Shown: piece by piece, positions 17,401 through 25,558 of the stretch
Position numbering within the stretch: the stretch's first letter is position 1
Layout: every line of letters starts with the position of its first letter
From: Chryseotalea sp. WA131a
GTDB taxonomy: Bacteria; Bacteroidota; Bacteroidia; Cytophagales; Cyclobacteriaceae
Assembly (NCBI GenBank): GCA_025370075.1
Contig: CP073016.1
Span: 464,830 to 528,829 of the forward strand
Direction: 5' to 3'
DNA length: 64,000 nt
Notes under the pieces: generated by a model
What the model was told of the DNA's origin: nothing
The model's database searches: none
What the model saw: the letters and a program-made list of their open reading frames with translations, nothing else
Made by a program: the position numbers and the translations under genes

Positions 17401-20152
17401 CGATGGCATCTACACTCACATATGCTTCGTACGGCAAGCAGGTTACAGTAAAGGCAGCCTGAAGAATATTTTTTGAAGTGAGACTGGTTGTATTAGTAAT
17501 GTGTTGCCGTATGGCAATTTCTTTTGGCTTCCACAATGCGTTCCATACGGATGAAATAAATGAAGGAATGAAAATGATGGCCATGACACTCAACGTCCAA
17601 AACCATGAATAAGAAAGTAGCGTCCACCCGGCAGTGAGTAAAAGTGTAAAAGCAATGGGTACAAAGCTGCGCCTGAGGTTATCGAATATTTTCCAACGCG
17701 ATAAGGCAGAGATAGAATTTTTTGTAAGGCGATTATCTGCACCTCCCACATACGGCAAAAACCAACTTCCTATCTGCCAGTCTCCGCGTATCCACCTGTG
17801 TCTTCGGCTAATGTCCATTTCATAGCGCGAAGGATAGTCTTCATAAAATTGCACATCGCTGGCAAACCCACATCGGGCATAGCAGCCTTCCAATAAATCG
17901 TGACTCAAAATTCTGTTTTCTGGAAAACGATTGTCCAATGCTTTTTCAAACGAATCAATTTCATAAATTCCTTTCCCAATAAAAGAACCTTCGCCAAATA
18001 CGTCTTGGTACACATCGGATGTGATGCGTGTATACGGATCAATGCCCGCATCATTTTCGTGCAAGCGGGTATAGCCAGATCGGGTTGCTCCATGCAAGCT
18101 GATAGCCAGGCGTGGTTGAATAATGGAATACCCTTCTATCACGCGTTTTTTCTCCTCATCATATACGGCACGGTTGAGCGGGTGCGCCATAAGTCCAATT
18201 AACTTCCAGGCAGCGTCTCGGGGCAATTGCGTATCGGTATCGAGTGTGATGATGTATTTTACCAATGTATACACCGTTTCTTCACCAACAATTAATGAGA
18301 AACTTTCTTTGCCTTTGCCACGAAGAAGATGATTGAGTGCTGAGAGTTTCCCCCGCTTGCGCTCGTAGCCCATCCAAATTTTATCAATGGCATTCCAAGC
18401 ACGTGGCCGATGGAAAAGGAAAAAGGTATCATTACTTATTCGCTTATATTTTTTGTTCAGCTCTTCTATTCCTCCTTGGGCAAGTTGCAGTAGCGCATCG
18501 TCTGATAGCATCGTTTGCGAAGACGCATCGCGAAAGTCAGTGACCAGCGCGAACAAAAGATTCGGGTCGCGGTTGGCAAGGAAGCGAACTTCCAATTCTT
18601 CTATCAGTTTTTCTACTTGCAATGGGTTAGCCAATAGCGTAGGCACAGCCACCAAGGTGAGGTGTTCAGTTGGAATGCCCAATGAAAAATCCATTCGTGG
18701 CAGCGGTTTGGGTTTTATCCAAAGCGTGGCCCACCAGTTGGTAAGTGCCAACGCCAAGTGACTTGCGCAACTAAGCGATACAATGGCTATCGCAATTAAC
18801 CACGCAGTATGCACACCATCGGCCATTACTTTTAGAAGCATACCGCCACCGATAAGTAATGTGAGTAAAATAGCGTTGATGATGTAAATAGCTTGGGCTG
18901 CCTGATCAATTTTTCTGCGAAGAACTTGATACATTGTTGATTTAAAACCAGCTATTTTTTCGGTTTCATCGGTGCCAGCACCTACCAAATAATAGCCAAC
19001 GTGTGCTTTGCGCTGGTCATTTTTATCTTTTACAAATCCTTGTTGGGCAAGTTCAATAACGAGCCGGGCGATTTCGTGTTCCTCTTTTCCGCTTGCTTTG
19101 GCAATGCCCTCTACTTTGTGGCGGTAGTCATCGCGCGAATAAAAATCCATGGACGCATATATACCACCTATATCAGCTAGAAGCGTCTGTTCAACAATGC
19201 TCATTGACTGAACAAATTCGCGCCAATCCATTTTTGCCAGAAAACGCAAACTGTTGATACTGTTGCTTACCGAAACCTGATCTGCAGCTTGTTTCTGATT
19301 CTCAAACAGTATCATGGAGTTAGTCGTATCTTTCGTTCCAGAAAGATGTTGCTCCACCCAGTTGAGCGGCAGTGTCAACTCGGGGCCTTTCCATTGCAAC
19401 TTGCGTGCAAACTCGGCAACAAACGCACTGACCATGGGCGGGTTTGACCGCGCCATATCGGCAATAATCAAGACCAAATCTTTCGGATTTCTTTCTACTG
19501 TTTCAAGTATTTGCTTCGCCCATCGGTTGGCCAAAGCAGAATCTTTTCTATCCACTGCTATGCGGGTTGCCACACGGCTCAGGTTTTCCAGCAACGCAAG
19601 CCGCAGCATAATGGGAATGGCCCACAACTCACCAAGAGTAAGATGGGTTACTTGTTGATAGGGGGCTATGAAATTAAGCAGGCTTTGAATGTCAATGTGG
19701 CCATCGCTATGGGAAACAATTTCAATGGCAATGTCATATACACGCGGGAAACCATTGCTCAATTTGGGCAATCCTTTGCTATAGCCTTTTGGTAGATAGC
19801 GCTTTGCAATACGTATCTGCTCCTCGATTAGATAGAAATTATCGAAGAGCCATTCTGCGGCAGGGCTGATCGATTTTTTATTGCGGATGCTCTCTTTCAG
19901 AAGTTCGTTTACATCCACCAGCACCTCTTGGTTGCTCGATAAATCTTTCAGTAAAAGCTCAGGTGACTTTTTTTTACTGATCAAATGTGTGCGAGCGAGG
20001 TGTTGCGCATGCTGCTCCATTTGCTCTTTACTTAAAAGCTCTGAACGCAGCGGTGGATTTTCATTTACTTCTTCGTGTGTGAACTTATCTTTCTTGAAGG
20101 TAGGCAGCAGCGGCAGCAACAATTTATCAATAACGGGTACGTTCACCTTCAT
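11438..20152 (-). CDS. ndvB: Cyclic beta-1,2-glucan synthase (GT84 glycosyltransferase + GH94 phosphorylase-like domains; Cgs/NdvB/ChvB type)
   Basis: It is a 2904-aa single ORF. The N-terminal motif is AAEWLFDNFYLIEEQIRIAKRYLP, followed by multiple TM segments. The GT region reads ITLDTDTQLPRDAAWKLIGLMAHPLN...RWIRGDWQ. The C-terminal GH94-like motifs are GGAYGFRDQLQDV, GSGDWNDGMNRIG and GESVWLAFF. Size and domain order match NdvB/Cgs (about 2800-2900 aa). Confidence 0.9.
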   Translation of the reverse strand: MKVNVPVIDKLLLPLLPTFKKDKFTHEEVNENPPLRSELLSKEQMEQHAQHLARTHLISKKKSPELLLKDLSSNQEVLVDVNELLKESIRNKKSISPAAEWLFDNFYLIEEQIRIAKRYLPKGYSKGLPKLSNGFPRVYDIAIEIVSHSDGHIDIQSLLNFIAPYQQVTHLTLGELWAIPIMLRLALLENLSRVATRIAVDRKDSALANRWAKQILETVERNPKDLVLIIADMARSNPPMVSAFVAEFARKLQWKGPELTLPLNWVEQHLSGTKDTTNSMILFENQKQAADQVSVSNSINSLRFLAKMDWREFVQSMSIVEQTLLADIGGIYASMDFYSRDDYRHKVEGIAKASGKEEHEIARLVIELAQQGFVKDKNDQRKAHVGYYLVGAGTDETEKIAGFKSTMYQVLRRKIDQAAQAIYIINAILLTLLIGGGMLLKVMADGVHTAWLIAIAIVSLSCASHLALALTNWWATLWIKPKPLPRMDFSLGIPTEHLTLVAVPTLLANPLQVEKLIEELEVRFLANRDPNLLFALVTDFRDASSQTMLSDDALLQLAQGGIEELNKKYKRISNDTFFLFHRPRAWNAIDKIWMGYERKRGKLSALNHLLRGKGKESFSLIVGEETVYTLVKYIITLDTDTQLPRDAAWKLIGLMAHPLNRAVYDEEKKRVIEGYSIIQPRLAISLHGATRSGYTRLHENDAGIDPYTRITSDVYQDVFGEGSFIGKGIYEIDSFEKALDNRFPENRILSHDLLEGCYARCGFASDVQFYEDYPSRYEMDISRRHRWIRGDWQIGSWFLPYVGGADNRLTKNSISALSRWKIFDNLRRSFVPIAFTLLLTAGWTLLSYSWFWTLSVMAIIFIPSFISSVWNALWKPKEIAIRQHITNTTSLTSKNILQAAFTVTCLPYEAYVSVDAIARTVWRITFTGKKLLEWNPSGFTLKEGENLFATYRMMWFAPTVSFAIGTYLYYQWPMELLIAAPFLLLWIASPVIVHLLGKPTASSKSKLREEQKVYLRELARKTWSYFENMVTVEDNWLPPDNLQEYPIPVITHRTSPTNMGLALLANLSANDFGYSTTSQFIERTSLALATMEKLERYKGHFYNWYDTQNLSVLNPRYISTVDSGNLAGHLLTLRQGLLALPNQKIVEVKFLTGLQDTLRLAIKQTDAAETELIKALIDLLDSIPTQAFQLPALKDHFENLLTRYHTLLYTHEPSGKETVWLAPFENQLEATIQEILVLAPWLEAFSIPEKFKNWKVVFEIPTLAELSKMDREIKPELTRLQALENSEAENEWLQHFEQTTDQSSKYARERLTNFQQLASQCYEQADMEYDFLHDKLQHLLTIGYKVEEQQRDVGYYDLLASEARLGLFVAIAQGKVPQESWFALGRRLTTAGTTPVLLSWSGSMFEYLMPGLVMPTYQNTLLDEMNIGTVKKQIEYGEQNDIPWGISESCYNLVDAHLTYQYKAFGIPRLGFKRGLGQDLVIAPYATVLALMVDPQAACTNLENLQDKGYEGKYGFFEAIDFTASRLSRNQPHAVIQTFMAHHQGMSLLSLAYLLLDQPMQKRFESDTNFQTALLLLQERVPKSTGYYLGSDNEKIVASSTTTDIRIITTSNTPVPEVQLLSNGKYFVMISNAGGGYSKWKDIAVTRWREDSTCDNFGTFCYINDRDKDMFWSTAHQPTLKQADHYEAIFSQGRVEFRRRDDGIDTYTIIIVSPEDDVEVRRTQLTNHSRSKRKLEITSYGEVVLTAASADEAHPAFSNLFVQTEINEHQNAIICTRRARSKEERPPWMFHLMKVKGAKVDRISYETDRSKFIGRGYSISHPQVMDQTTPLSGSQGSVLDPMFSIQYQIILQPGESATIDLVTGVADTQSANQSLVDKYQDSHLRDRAFELSWTHSQVVLRQIGATEANAQLYGKLASSILYLNDALRTQPSVMLKNQRGQSALWSYSISGDLPIVLVQITDAENISIVKQLIKAQAYWNMNGLAVDLVVLNEDPSVYRHVLQEEIQGLIAASVGIHAIEKRGRIFVRPIDQVSAEDRILFQTVARVIISDMKGTLEDQVNKRISVKAPMPKLIHSTSYSHTHRKLEMPQGLQFFNGTGGFSADGKEYIIIIDEKKHTPLPWINVIANPHFGTIVSERGSSYTWFENAHEFRITPWKNDPILDQSGEAFYLRDEETGEFWSPMGRPALGQSPYITKHGFGYSSFEHIEDGIKSEVCVYVDTESPIKFVVINIANQSGRWRKLTATGYVEWVMGEFRSKSVMHLVTELDSTSGALIAKNPYNTEFQNYVAFFDVDEPTYTYTTDRVEFIGRNGTLQNPEAMSHTRLSGKSGAGMDSCAAIQVPFELESGKERKIIFKIGAGQNVAEAVATIKRFQGSAAASRSLEQVKQFWSDTLSAVQVDTPDASINILANGWLLYQVLACRLWGRSGLYQSGGAYGFRDQLQDVLALMHTQPHLTREQIVRCASHQFLEGDVQHWWHPPHGRGVRTLCSDDFVWLPYVTSRYISTTGDIQLLDETTSFIQGRILNPHEESYYDLPITSDQQATVYDHCKQAIVHALRFGEHGLPLKGSGDWNDGMNRIGIDGKGESVWLAFFLYDTLMRFKKVATLRGDVVFVETCETNAKLLKKNIALHAWDGEWYLRAYFDDGTPLGSKDNIECKIDAISQSWSILSEGGEPERSRSAMQAVDKFLVNREKGLIQLLDPPFDTSEMDPGYIKGYVPGVRENGGQYTHAAIWAVMAFAKLGDVEKTEELLRLINPIQHGATANEIATYKVEPYVVAADVYGVAPHVGRGGWTWYTGSAGWMYQLILESFLGLTREGNTLKVEPCIPVTWKSFSVKYRFEETVYNIMVNQGSDRETTEIFMDAEMQPGQFFQLTNDKKEHEVTIEIGRKAKTEIRISLATTDV

Positions 20153-20285
20153 GTTTTTTTAGAACTTTTAACTGTAAGCAATTCAATATCTTTATACCCA
20201 ATCAAGAACTTTTAACTCTTTCGGTTTTCCAAAACTGATGGCTTTCCCCTACTTGTTCCAGAGCCATCGGGATCAATTCAAAAAA

Positions 20286-20621
20286 TCAAACGAATATCTT
20301 ATTCAGCTCGCCCGCTAGCATTGGTTTGTAGAGAATGCGAAAAGACGGAGAGTTAGTCGTAGGAACCTCCATCGCACTTATCAATATTAATTTTGTATTC
20401 GGATAGTTGGCAACAATAAATTCAGTTTTGCTCCAGCCAAAGCCATCGGGTAGGTTATTATCGAGTAGAAGATAATCTGGCCTTACTTGTTGCAATAAGC
20501 CAAGCCCAGTAGCAATCGAGTTAGCCACAAATACTTCACAGTCTTTTTTAGAAAAATATTCCTTCATCAAAAAGCCAAAATCTGCTTCATCATCAACAAT
20601 CAACACTTTTTTATTTTTCAT
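20286..20621 (-). CDS. Stand-alone response-regulator receiver domain (CheY-like)
   Basis: It is 111 aa and reads VLIVDDEADFG...DYLLLDNNLPDGFG...LILISA...YKP. It has no output domain. It lies 133 bp upstream of the glucan synthase on the same strand. Confidence 0.85.
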   Translation of the reverse strand: MKNKKVLIVDDEADFGFLMKEYFSKKDCEVFVANSIATGLGLLQQVRPDYLLLDNNLPDGFGWSKTEFIVANYPNTKLILISAMEVPTTNSPSFRILYKPMLAGELNKIFV

Positions 20622-20901
20622 CTTCTGACTCTGGTGTTTTCAACCCTATGAGTATAAAAACCTTACCAATAAACAAACACTCCCTAAAGGGTTAAACTGG
20701 GTCAAAAAGTAGTATTGAGGAATTAATGCGGAATTAGTGTAGAATAATTTCTACATCGCGCTTTTTATATCGAATCTATGCTTACATTGAGTGCTACCAA
20801 ATAGCAAGTAGAATAGCAAGGGGGCAGGGTTTGTATAGTCCAGATCAGGGCAATCGTCTATTAACATGTACCCATTTACACAGATTAATTAGCATTAAAC
20901 A

Positions 20902-21381
20902 ATGGCAAACAAAGCGTTCTCTATATTATTGGCCGATGATGATGAGGACGATTGTTTTCTGTTCATAGAGGCATTGGAAGAAATACAGGTAGCTACCAAG
21001 CTAACTACTGTGCAAAACGGGGAACAATTATTGTATCTACTTGAATCAATGGAAGAAGAACTCCCTCATGTTTTGTTTCTGGACCTCAACATGCCGCGCA
21101 AAAATGGCTGGCAATGCTTGGAAGAAATAAAGCGAAGTGAGAAACTAAAGAAACTTAAGGTGATTATTTTCTCTACCTCGTTTCAGCAAGATGTAGCTGA
21201 CCAGTTATTTAAAAATGGCGCGCTGCACTATATCCGCAAGCCAGGTGATTTCTCACAACTCAAAGAACTAATTCTTCAAGTACTGATGATCTTACAGAAT
21301 GAGCAACTTCACCCATCAGGCGATTACTCTTCAGGGCGAACAAAAGCCAACTACGTGCTTCTTCCAACTATTGCTTCGTGA
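20902..21381 (+). CDS. Response-regulator receiver domain protein (no recognisable output domain)
   Basis: It reads ILLADDDEDDCFLF...VLFLDLNMPRKNG...VIIFSTS...HYIRKP. Its stop overlaps the GTG start of the downstream kinase (GTGA at 21378..21381). Confidence 0.85.
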   Translation: MANKAFSILLADDDEDDCFLFIEALEEIQVATKLTTVQNGEQLLYLLESMEEELPHVLFLDLNMPRKNGWQCLEEIKRSEKLKKLKVIIFSTSFQQDVADQLFKNGALHYIRKPGDFSQLKELILQVLMILQNEQLHPSGDYSSGRTKANYVLLPTIAS

Positions 21382-24300
21382 AAAGGAATACCAAACCAAC
21401 CAAAGTACTTTCTTCCAATTTTTTTCCCGTGGTGGGCATTGGTGCTTCGGCTGGCGGCCTTGATGCTTTCAAAAAATTGCTGAAAGCTATACCAGAAAAC
21501 TCTGGAATGGCGTATGTACTTGTACAGCACTTAGACCCCAATCATGAAAGCCTGCTGCCCGATTTATTGCAAAAGGTGACTGTCATCCCTGTATTAGAGA
21601 TTACCGATGATATACGGGTGGAGCCCAATCACATCTATGTGATACCCAGCAACAAAATGATGGTGGCCAATGATGGTGTGTTGCAGCTCACTATGCGTCC
21701 ACTAAAAAATAAAAATGAGCGAAATCTGCCCATAGATCTTTTCTTTACCTCGTTGGCTGAAGTTCATCAAAGTCATGCTATTGGTGTGGTGTTATCAGGT
21801 ACGGCCTCCGATGGTACCTTTGGGTTGAAAGCTATTAAAGATCACGGTGGGCTTACTTTTGCACAAGATGAAAAATCTGCTGCCTATGGCAGCATGCCAA
21901 ACAGTGCCGTGCAGGCAGGTGTAGTAGACTTCGTTCTCTCGCCTGAAAAAATACCCAGCAAAATAATCGAGTTGACTAAAAGTATAAATGGCTTAGGCCA
22001 CGAGGCAGAAATCACCACTTCTTCTGACGAAGATACCTTTAGGCAAATTATTTTACTCCTTCGGATCAGAAGGGGAACTGACTTTACCTATTATAAAAAG
22101 AGTACCATTCGCAGAAGAATTCTTCGCAGAATGGCGCTAAGTAAAAGGGAAGCACTCAGTGACTATTTGAAATATCTTAGAGAAAATAAAACGGAACAAG
22201 ATGGGTTATATCAAGACATGCTCATTCCAGTCACCTCTTTTTTTCGCGATCAAAAATGTTTTGATAACCTCACCAAGATAGTATTTCCGCTTATTACTAA
22301 AAATAAGAAAGTCGGAGAACCTATTCGGGTATGGGTAGCTGGGTGCAGCACAGGCGAAGAGGCCTACTCCATTGCCATTTGTCTGGAAGAATTCTTTGGA
22401 GACCAAAAGGAAACGTATCAAATTTTTGCCACCGATATTAATGAACAGTGTATAGCCAAGGCGCGCACAGGCATTTACACCAAAAAGGAAATTGAAAAAT
22501 TAACGGTTCAGCAACTCAACCAATTTTTCACAAAGAAAGACGGAAACTACCAGATCAATAAAACCATACGCGATACGTTTGTTTTTGCTGTTCATAATTT
22601 CTTGAAAGATCCTCCCTTCGGCAAAATGGATTTGATCAGTTGCCGTAATGTGTTTATTTACATGGAGCCTTATCTACAAAAAAAGGCACTTACCCCTTTT
22701 CACTATGCGCTCAATAAAAAAGGATTTCTACTGCTCGGCAAATCCGAAACTATTAGTGGCGTCACCGATCTCTTTGCCTCGGCTGACAAGACAGATAAAT
22801 TGTTTACACGCAAAGATGTACCCTCAAAACTGACTCATTCCGCAAGCAGGCAGAGTGAGCACTACTTAGCTGATCTAACTCTAAACCTACGGAACGAACC
22901 CCCGCGAACCGATTTCCAAAAAACAGCTGACGACATCATACTAGGCAAGTACACCCCGGTGGGCGTAGTGGTGAATGAAGCCTTGGACATTGTTCACTTT
23001 CGCGGCAGCACAGGCAACTATTTAGAACAAGCACCAGGCAAACCCAGCTACCAAGTATTGAAAATGGCAAAGCATGGATTAGCTTTTGAACTTCGAAATC
23101 TTTTGCACAAAGCCAAGAAGGAGAATAAATCTGTTGCTAAGAATAACATTCCGTTCAAAATCGATGGCCATCCCAACCAGATAACTATCGAAGTGATTTC
23201 ATTGCCAAATATTGTAGAGCCTCATTACCTCATCCTCTTTCATGATGGTTCGGCAGCGCCACAACAACCAAAGTTGAATGGCAAAAAAGCATTCAAGGTA
23301 AAGGCTGATCAAAAGGACAAACGCATAGAACAGTTGGGGAACGAACTTGCGCAAACGCATGAAGACATGCGTAGCATTACCGAAGACCAAGAGGCTGCTA
23401 TTGAAGAACTGCAGAGCGCCAATGAGGAATTGCTAAGTAGTAGTGAAGAAGCGCAAAGTCTCAATGAAGAGCTGGAGACCAGCAAGGAAGAACTGCAAAG
23501 CACAAATGAAGAGCTCATTGTAGTAAACCAAGAACTGATCAACTTAAATGAGCACCTGACAGAGGCAAAAGAGTATGCTGAAGCCATCATAGCCACTATA
23601 CGTGAGCCTCTGCTTGTATTAGATAATACGCTACGTGTAAAAACAGCTAATCAAGCTTATTACACGGCATTTAATGTTAAGGAAACACAGGTAGAAGGCA
23701 AATTAATTTATGAGTTGGACAACCAGCGATGGAACATACAGGCTCTAAAAAAATTACTGGAAACAATCCTCCCTGAAAAATCGGTGTTCAATGATTTTGA
23801 AATAAAACAAACGTTTTCAACTATTGGGGAGCGCATTATGTTGCTGAATGCGCGCGAGATCATAAAGGCCAACAGTGAAGAGAAACTGATTTTACTTGCC
23901 ATCAAAGACATTACGGATAGAAAAAATCACGAGCGGCAAATTCAAGAGCTCTTGCATCGATTTCAGAGTATGGTAGCCCAAGCACCCGTCTCCATTTGTA
24001 TTATAAGAAAAGAAGGGTACTATGTAGAGTTGGCCAACGATGCCTACTTGCAGTTGCTTAATAGGGGAAGAGAATTTGTTAATAAACCCCTTTTCGAATC
24101 AATACCTGAATTGATACCTCAAGGTTTCAAAGATCTTCTTGATGAGGTAATGCGAACAGGTGTTCCGTTTTATGCCGATGAAATGGAAGTGCCATTTATA
24201 AGAAAGGATAGAAAGGAAAGCGGATTTTTTAGTTTTTGCTATCAGCCTCTGGTCGAACAAGATGGAAGTATATCAGGAGTGATTGCAGTAGGCTATGAGG

Positions 24301-25280
24301 TGACCGAGCAAGTGATTGCAAAAAGAAAAAACTTGGAAGATCAAGCCATCCGTTCAGCAGAATTGGAAGAAAAAGTTAAAGAACGTACGGCTGCACTTAA
24401 AACGTTGAACGAAATACTAAAGCAAGAGAATGAAGAAAAAGAAAAACGCGAAGCCGAATTGGTGGCGGCCAACGAGCAACTTGCTATTCAAAATATAGAA
24501 AGAGAAAAAAGAGGAACGGAGTTAGTAACTGCTAACCAAGAGCTGGAATCGTTTACGTATGTAGCTAGTCACGATTTGCAAGAGCCCCTGCGCAAGATAC
24601 AGACGTTTGCTAAAATGATCGAGGAGAAAGAAGGGGCTACTCTTAGTGAAACAGGCAAAGACTATTTTCAGCGTATGGGCAATGCAGCCAACCGTATGCA
24701 AGTCCTTATTGATGATTTGCTTTCCTATTCACGCAACAACACCAAGGTGCATAAGTTTGAAAACGATGACCTCACGAAAATTGTACAGGAAGTTATTACT
24801 GATTTCAAAGAGACAATTGAAGAAAAGAAAGCAACTCTTGAAACGGGTGATCTTGGCACGGCTAATGTTATTCCTTTTCAGTTTCGTCAGCTCATTCAGA
24901 ACCTAATTGGCAATGCGCTCAAGTTTTCCAGCAGCAAAAGGTTACCCCACATTATTATTAAGAGTGAAATGCTAAAAGGGAGTAATATTCCCAATAAAAC
25001 GGAATTTGCTCAAGGAAAAATACTGTCAGAATCAATCTATCATCATATTTCTGTAGCTGACAATGGTATTGGCTTTGAACCAAAATTTGAAAAAAAGATT
25101 TTTGATTTGTTCCAAAGGCTTCATGGAAAAGAGGTGTATGCAGGAACGGGAATTGGCTTAGCCATTGTGAAGAAAATTGTAGAGAACCACAATGGCATCA
25201 TAACTGCAAAGGGTGAACTAGATAAGGGTGCCACGTTTGACGTCTATTTCCCTGAACTTGGTGCTAACAATAGTATTTAA
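21378..25280 (+). CDS. CheB methylesterase / CheR methyltransferase / coiled-coil / PAS / histidine kinase fusion protein
   Basis: It is 1300 aa. The CheB-like part reads VVGIGASAGGLDAF...VLVQHLDPNHES...GTASDGTFGLKAIKDHGG. The CheR-like part reads TSFFRD...RVWVAGCSTGEEAYSIAI...IFATDIN...DLISCRNVFIYM. An NEEL-rich coiled coil (SANEELLSSSEEAQSLNEELETSKEELQSTNEEL) and PAS domains follow. HisKA is present (SFTYVASHDLQEPLRKI), as is HATPase (DNGIGF...GTGIGLAIVKKIVENHNG). Confidence 0.9.
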   Translation: MKRNTKPTKVLSSNFFPVVGIGASAGGLDAFKKLLKAIPENSGMAYVLVQHLDPNHESLLPDLLQKVTVIPVLEITDDIRVEPNHIYVIPSNKMMVANDGVLQLTMRPLKNKNERNLPIDLFFTSLAEVHQSHAIGVVLSGTASDGTFGLKAIKDHGGLTFAQDEKSAAYGSMPNSAVQAGVVDFVLSPEKIPSKIIELTKSINGLGHEAEITTSSDEDTFRQIILLLRIRRGTDFTYYKKSTIRRRILRRMALSKREALSDYLKYLRENKTEQDGLYQDMLIPVTSFFRDQKCFDNLTKIVFPLITKNKKVGEPIRVWVAGCSTGEEAYSIAICLEEFFGDQKETYQIFATDINEQCIAKARTGIYTKKEIEKLTVQQLNQFFTKKDGNYQINKTIRDTFVFAVHNFLKDPPFGKMDLISCRNVFIYMEPYLQKKALTPFHYALNKKGFLLLGKSETISGVTDLFASADKTDKLFTRKDVPSKLTHSASRQSEHYLADLTLNLRNEPPRTDFQKTADDIILGKYTPVGVVVNEALDIVHFRGSTGNYLEQAPGKPSYQVLKMAKHGLAFELRNLLHKAKKENKSVAKNNIPFKIDGHPNQITIEVISLPNIVEPHYLILFHDGSAAPQQPKLNGKKAFKVKADQKDKRIEQLGNELAQTHEDMRSITEDQEAAIEELQSANEELLSSSEEAQSLNEELETSKEELQSTNEELIVVNQELINLNEHLTEAKEYAEAIIATIREPLLVLDNTLRVKTANQAYYTAFNVKETQVEGKLIYELDNQRWNIQALKKLLETILPEKSVFNDFEIKQTFSTIGERIMLLNAREIIKANSEEKLILLAIKDITDRKNHERQIQELLHRFQSMVAQAPVSICIIRKEGYYVELANDAYLQLLNRGREFVNKPLFESIPELIPQGFKDLLDEVMRTGVPFYADEMEVPFIRKDRKESGFFSFCYQPLVEQDGSISGVIAVGYEVTEQVIAKRKNLEDQAIRSAELEEKVKERTAALKTLNEILKQENEEKEKREAELVAANEQLAIQNIEREKRGTELVTANQELESFTYVASHDLQEPLRKIQTFAKMIEEKEGATLSETGKDYFQRMGNAANRMQVLIDDLLSYSRNNTKVHKFENDDLTKIVQEVITDFKETIEEKKATLETGDLGTANVIPFQFRQLIQNLIGNALKFSSSKRLPHIIIKSEMLKGSNIPNKTEFAQGKILSESIYHHISVADNGIGFEPKFEKKIFDLFQRLHGKEVYAGTGIGLAIVKKIVENHNGIITAKGELDKGATFDVYFPELGANNSI

Positions 25281-25558
25281 GTATGATCAAACTATAGAAC
25301 TTTGTAAACAAGAGTATCTGTTATCAAACCAAGAACGAAGGCAAGCGAAGCATGCTACCTAAGAGACTTTCCTCTCGGTATCTGCATTACCCTCAAATAC
25401 ACTAGAAATATGGAAATGACGGGGAGATAATTCCATATGCTGATGGACGTACGCTACGCATTCTTTGCTGATACTGAAATCTACCCGTGGTGTCCTAGAT
25501 GTAGTATTTGCTCAATAATATTTACCTTAGATGCCAATCTGGAATTGCGTTAACTTTC

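Noticed and set aside
13031-19795. Numerous 60-195-aa plus-strand ORFs (e.g. 13031..13486, 15784..16371, 18387..18761, 19314..19658)
   Set aside because: All lie antisense within the continuous 2904-aa glucan synthase ORF. They have no recognisable motifs and are shadow ORFs of a long gene.
20237-20278. Hairpin between the receiver gene and cgs as a terminator
   Set aside because: It has only a 7-bp stem (gatggct/agccatc) with a 28-nt loop and a weak T-tract. This is not convincing as an intrinsic terminator.
25408-25438. 8-bp-stem hairpin (atatggaa...ttccatat) downstream of the kinase gene
   Set aside because: No T-run follows it and it lies about 130 bp past the stop codon. It could be chance, so it is not reported as a terminator.
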